A DNA stretch of 64,000 bases from Oikopleura dioica. Its lineage: Eukaryota; Animalia; Chordata. The position numbers were made by a program, and so were the translations under genes. Shown one piece after another: positions 62,101-64,000 of the stretch. The notes under the pieces were generated by a model that saw nothing but the letters and a program-made list of their open reading frames with translations, searched no databases and was not told the origin of the DNA. The stretch lies in contig OU015569.1 in NCBI GenBank assembly GCA_907165135.1, positions 2,356,001 through 2,420,000 on the forward strand, in the 5' to 3' direction. Position 1 is the stretch's first letter. Each line of letters starts with the position of its first letter.

Positions 62101-64000
62101 GTAGTAGGAGGTATGGTCCTCATCGATGCCGCCAATGCGTTTGGCACGGTGGCTCATCCTCTGCTGATGAGCCTCCTGGGCCAATTCTGCTCGGATCTGT
62201 TCCTAGGATTCATTGAATCATTTTTGATCAGGTCCTTTAAAGTATGCATAAGGGGTTTCCTTAGCGAGGAAAAAGAACTAGAGGCTTTTGGGTTGCCTCA
62301 AGGCTCATCCTTGTCACCCATTGCATACAGCGTATTCAGCGCGGGCTTTCTTAAAAACCTCCGTTTAGATCCCGCTGAAGATAACTCTACCTGCGCCGAT
62401 GGGGCACAAACGATGTGCAACTGCGATCATCATCCGGGTGGACGAACGAGCTGCCTCGAAAACGGTTTGATCCTTGGCGAAAGAAAGGACGACAATGACA
62501 TTAGCGTTATAGCCGGACAGAAAGCCGCCTTCGCGGACGATCTGGCTGCATTGATCATCGCGCCAAACTCAACGGAAGCCGCCGTATCCCTGACATCCAC
62601 GATCAGCCGAGCTACTAAGGAGATCAATGAAAAAGGGCTCAAGGTCGCTGAAACGAAGACAGAATGCTTCTTTGTCAGTAAGTCTAAGATCCCCGAGGAA
62701 ATAACCTTTAACTCAACCACCATCAAAGCAAGTGAAAGCGTCAAGTACTTAGGAATTACCCTATCGGCAGAAAGAGGCAAAATATCCTATAGAATGCATG
62801 ACATGAACGTCATGAGGAGGATGAGGGCGAATCATCATAAACTCATGACTCTTAAAGGAACGATATCACCAGTAGCAAATGCCAATATGGCAAGAGCTCT
62901 GGACATCGGAGTCATTAACCACGGAGCGGACTACAAGCCACTACCTTGCATCTCTATCACCAAGAGTTGGCAAAAGATTTATTGTTATACCCTGGCTAGG
63001 GTCTCGCCAAGGCCATGGTATATTGTGGAAATGGAAAGAAAGCTAATCCTTGAGGGAGGAAACCTATCCTCAATAATGAGAACGCACGAACCTCTCTGGG
63101 TTTCACTGAATTATCAGAGACTTGTAGTAGGAAAGCCCAGAGCGGACGAAGGGCTCGAAACGCTGGACAGATTCCGGCAGCCAACAATCTTTGATAACCT
63201 GATCTGCATGGCTATCAACAATATGCATAAGGTATTCAGATTGCGCACACCGGACACAGCGTGGAAAGCTCTGAGAGGTTGTCTCATCATGGTCAATGAA
63301 AGAGGAGAAAGCATTGGTCCGTTATTCGATTTCGGACGATGTGACAGATACACCGAACACCTTAGTGAGGAAACTAGATTTAGTGATGTTAGAAAATATG
63401 GGTTGTTCACATCGAAAGAACACAGTCACATAACTAAACTACGTTTGAATAGAGCCAGATTTAGGGCACTCTTCAATGCACAGGCTGTGACAGTGCGGTT
63501 CACCCTACCTAGGTCTCAGGATAACGGTCTGAGAATTGACAGGACGCAATGGCCCTACAACATGATGGCTCATTTTAACGATCTGCCTGCAAGTGTAAGG
63601 GCGGACTTTGTGCAAGATTGGTTTCCGAGCAGTCTAAAGAGATTTATGAAAGACAAACATAAACACTGGAAACGAAAAATTTGGTGTGAAAAATGTAGAT
63701 ATAGTTCCCCGTTCTATAACTATGATCTGCAAGTCGAGCTAGGAGACGCTCATCAAGTTACTAGAAGCGCGAAAAGAACGTATAGCACAAAGGAGGACAT
63801 AAAAAGAGACAAGGAATACGATAAGTTATATGCAGAAATGCAGAATAACCAGGAAGACGCAAGCAAAATCCTGTCCATGCTCATTTGGTGGAGGCCATAC
63901 AGGCTCAATAATGTAGCATTCAAGGACTTCGAGGCTATAATGCAAGTCATTCGATACCTGATGGCATATAAAGGATCAGGCACAGATATCATGCGCTTGC
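56197..64000 (+). CDS. Single polyprotein of more than 2,600 aa: unknown N-terminal region, APE endonuclease, reverse transcriptase
   Basis: Manual translation of frame +1 shows no stop from ATG 56197 to the window end. APE motifs LTVVCANL (60310), IFTVAE, IAGDFN, IDHIYF and SDGH (to about 61000). RT motifs VVPILKK, RPITI, QFGFR, LIDAANAF, LPQGSSLSP, FADD (62530) and KYLGI. Confidence 0.93.
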   Translation, partial: MVVEDDDELNSSSRRKNRTEDARINEDERTTSSWSNKNGQNTPTQPERGRRLDSKSTDDVEGDSRSSRWDLGGERRLVNTKDDHKSRSWISEKFNEPQELRFLPPCTPRRRARSEDESMMMSPKPKSQETTLTTNHHLLEATLRVSAVRTKEAVDVVEDVALAEARPSGQTEVSFQNVPIISNPFSQGTQREHGQDNINRPNQPRRLFAGIGIDDGRASSSTNDAERNTKIVRIEDIRHYPENIPMVEELFDERGKFLRKENGHNYIASSAKELLTYEYTMDKMIIFKKVKFHEERFYEDIIANGRFPRTGIMLDMDWIPPSWKNMEYDLHIITSVTVFVMQDTLDKLCIPMKDIKSMIVIKEDGSLVPLNSGALTENKKATVRGIQFYSTVSALKMITLANECLSPVDPFYGCNKIPRMAMFWCSTERKDRLGHSAMVATPNCGKTIIEVLCAVLKRYMYYIRKCGEFYTFHSKSNVINVLPLRTIFDLSLKEMEDEKFSPSYDRFKDWMNLYKPYVFDRRCAAMSVSIERFHHQMTKTVLAMQEYHLGRGNSHWFTMSTDDAFKMKVKDQQEIANVTEGKITIADVGANPDIGMFRPEIAKRKGVFMNDLDRVRDEPRACDSIKHMAGGSVQEVSDELKRVVEQTKDQEEAISNVMLFSHSNNRQALNFMIEMQAINTKHATTVEEKSEKQNLLAKMQIYRKEHKLLFDTDPTLLGTVKRSVGEQIEWGVNTRNANGDKYRVPIAEYLKDGQGDQTTKIATIKTKDPEYKFNIAEFYMQAGSEVAQKYIPPVKEDARVQPMDDDEAPSSVQNISHPLDKCQNDGTSSMGRESKGEDTDLESLLDEDEKKKSLEAAKLTEPKQYLIKQMMKAANVRMSAFTDDDASEVSVFCSAVSPPDVANVAEVVTPNLVQISKIDKGKPVDKEVIENTGSIVSNAKAKWNAISPAEEESSWRNTVAVYRSADEFLEKENLQSYPDPEAFTKAQTLAECARTDLENTIRRYIQSSNKNDINTACRKWQSLIYGLRGSLINRLEKLINCAEGESAASLGLNDPEKLKEWNGFLRANRNFREVLHDPEKLTVLHCCDPDVLSQDMPVPKSLAIYNYVKLAGMEMNIDCTKTCANIVMSQLVALGLIVTSRRTHAAVYNPGELPGQHLLKSKPIFVRVIKVGPDFTHKRWLMAKEFVRTVAIKEYKQELDFTIDDVPDLAMNEPLFQLFINEFWRKVVANNLTLGFRIWMRKHDYLTSCSFRGLTNEDDSNCTDGLPDLPHPPLTITFKQFKNLCEIQRMKNKTHKVNDIIRSGEVPKMPISHDIPSPHVFAKGRGLEGVLPAAENLPKLKRSSKNIIPTEGDLEKAVTEHNEKVVSAADNLTVVCANLGKCSTLDKIKKLVRRHRGAHIFTVAELFIERDMALDRDNWPDGYRILAGQGSTDGKNQCFSLIVIRSNIKVLRTINCLHQNAGALLDVNGIEIYIFSVYNFCNSAFDGYKNKFGVSRDVLYEDLNKMRMMSTDHPAIIAGDFNVQVNNPRCHERSQADKIQAAMDGFERLTNFVTFRRDCKNGRTMESCIDHIYFSPGKIDTNEISCKPADHRTSLGSDGHCGVICEIPIRAPEGKIWKLWKVPDQKEKDECYKIGMKMMLNNIEKLDRMKGDMDEVQLRHEILVQYAQKTRPLVDKIKVTDPYKIVQSKATKEWLQAGFYIENLIKQSKIDEVPRRWWISIVDLWNEIKKMIVKLKCADRRYHLARKCDPEELSLTDSWGLFGREIKTANALSIDGTPNQIAEEFVQLQRNTSPELEGCVGDKDDRLTTLPKVCIERFRVHPCGKLPALVTVYKKSKKATCDVFNINKTCLETLPLIGVLTLVIMPVMLALRNGKLLRVWNCNRVVPILKKNLKKRPITIASTIGSLAEKMVCKTFTDYVMHYGIVPSVQFGFRKANSCGAAVYHCAKTLSMAIAPQFVDHCGRQLEEVVGGMVLIDAANAFGTVAHPLLMSLLGQFCSDLFLGFIESFLIRSFKVCIRGFLSEEKELEAFGLPQGSSLSPIAYSVFSAGFLKNLRLDPAEDNSTCADGAQTMCNCDHHPGGRTSCLENGLILGERKDDNDISVIAGQKAAFADDLAALIIAPNSTEAAVSLTSTISRATKEINEKGLKVAETKTECFFVSKSKIPEEITFNSTTIKASESVKYLGITLSAERGKISYRMHDMNVMRRMRANHHKLMTLKGTISPVANANMARALDIGVINHGADYKPLPCISITKSWQKIYCYTLARVSPRPWYIVEMERKLILEGGNLSSIMRTHEPLWVSLNYQRLVVGKPRADEGLETLDRFRQPTIFDNLICMAINNMHKVFRLRTPDTAWKALRGCLIMVNERGESIGPLFDFGRCDRYTEHLSEETRFSDVRKYGLFTSKEHSHITKLRLNRARFRALFNAQAVTVRFTLPRSQDNGLRIDRTQWPYNMMAHFNDLPASVRADFVQDWFPSSLKRFMKDKHKHWKRKIWCEKCRYSSPFYNYDLQVELGDAHQVTRSAKRTYSTKEDIKRDKEYDKLYAEMQNNQEDASKILSMLIWWRPYRLNNVAFKDFEAIMQVIRYLMAYKGSGTDIMRL
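56460..56840 (+). CDS. Overlapping 126-aa basic RG-rich ORF inside the retrotransposon 5' region
   Basis: Frame +3 ORF with KRGR and RGRGRGRGRGAGRG, overlapping the main frame. Confidence 0.5.
   Translation: MDIREIQRASGIEVPPSMHSTSQSAKRGRVDDDESQAKKSRDDPHNQSPPARGYTPSFRGKNKRGRGRGRGRGAGRGSAFRANRGELSKRTHYIKPLFTRHATGTWPRQHQSAQPTASALCWNRNR

Larger units (their letters stand above)
56060..64000 (+). mobile_element. Non-LTR retrotransposon (APE+RT; Odin-like if the host is Oikopleura), 3' end outside the window
   Basis: Intronless single long ORF with APE and RT motifs; the 5' boundary is estimated from the composition change. Confidence 0.9.

Noticed and set aside
56851-63992. Many short minus-strand and alternative-frame ORFs in the track over the retrotransposon
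   Set aside because: Shadows of the stop-free +1 frame with no protein-like features; only the RG-rich 56460 ORF was kept.

Overview
Eukaryotic, intron-rich genomic DNA with very short introns (about 40-50 nt) and non-canonical GA-AG/GG-AG introns. This points to a larvacean tunicate of the Oikopleura type (inference; no database search was run). Recognisable host genes: the 5' part of a PKD-domain/polycystin-1-like gene (minus strand, runs off the left edge), a complete unc-13/Munc13 gene, a Cys-rich/coiled-coil/RING gene, a divergent homeobox gene and several lineage-specific genes. Positions 7-34 kb are dense in MITEs from several families. Three things stand out. (1) A 4,529-bp LTR retroelement has identical 186-bp LTRs, a 5-bp TSD, PBS and PPT, and carries an intact 816-aa envelope/fusion gene plus two small ORFs but no gag or pol; it sits in a 49-nt intron of the RING gene. 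(2) A non-LTR retrotransposon has one uninterrupted ORF of more than 2,600 codons (about 1,370-aa unknown N-terminus, APE, RT with a Cys/His insertion); the ORF track missed it because it has no stop in the window, and it contains a candidate 46-nt intron that would swap in an RG-rich N-terminus. (3) A small coiled-coil gene begins with an exact copy of histone H3 residues 25-32 (ARKSAPAT).
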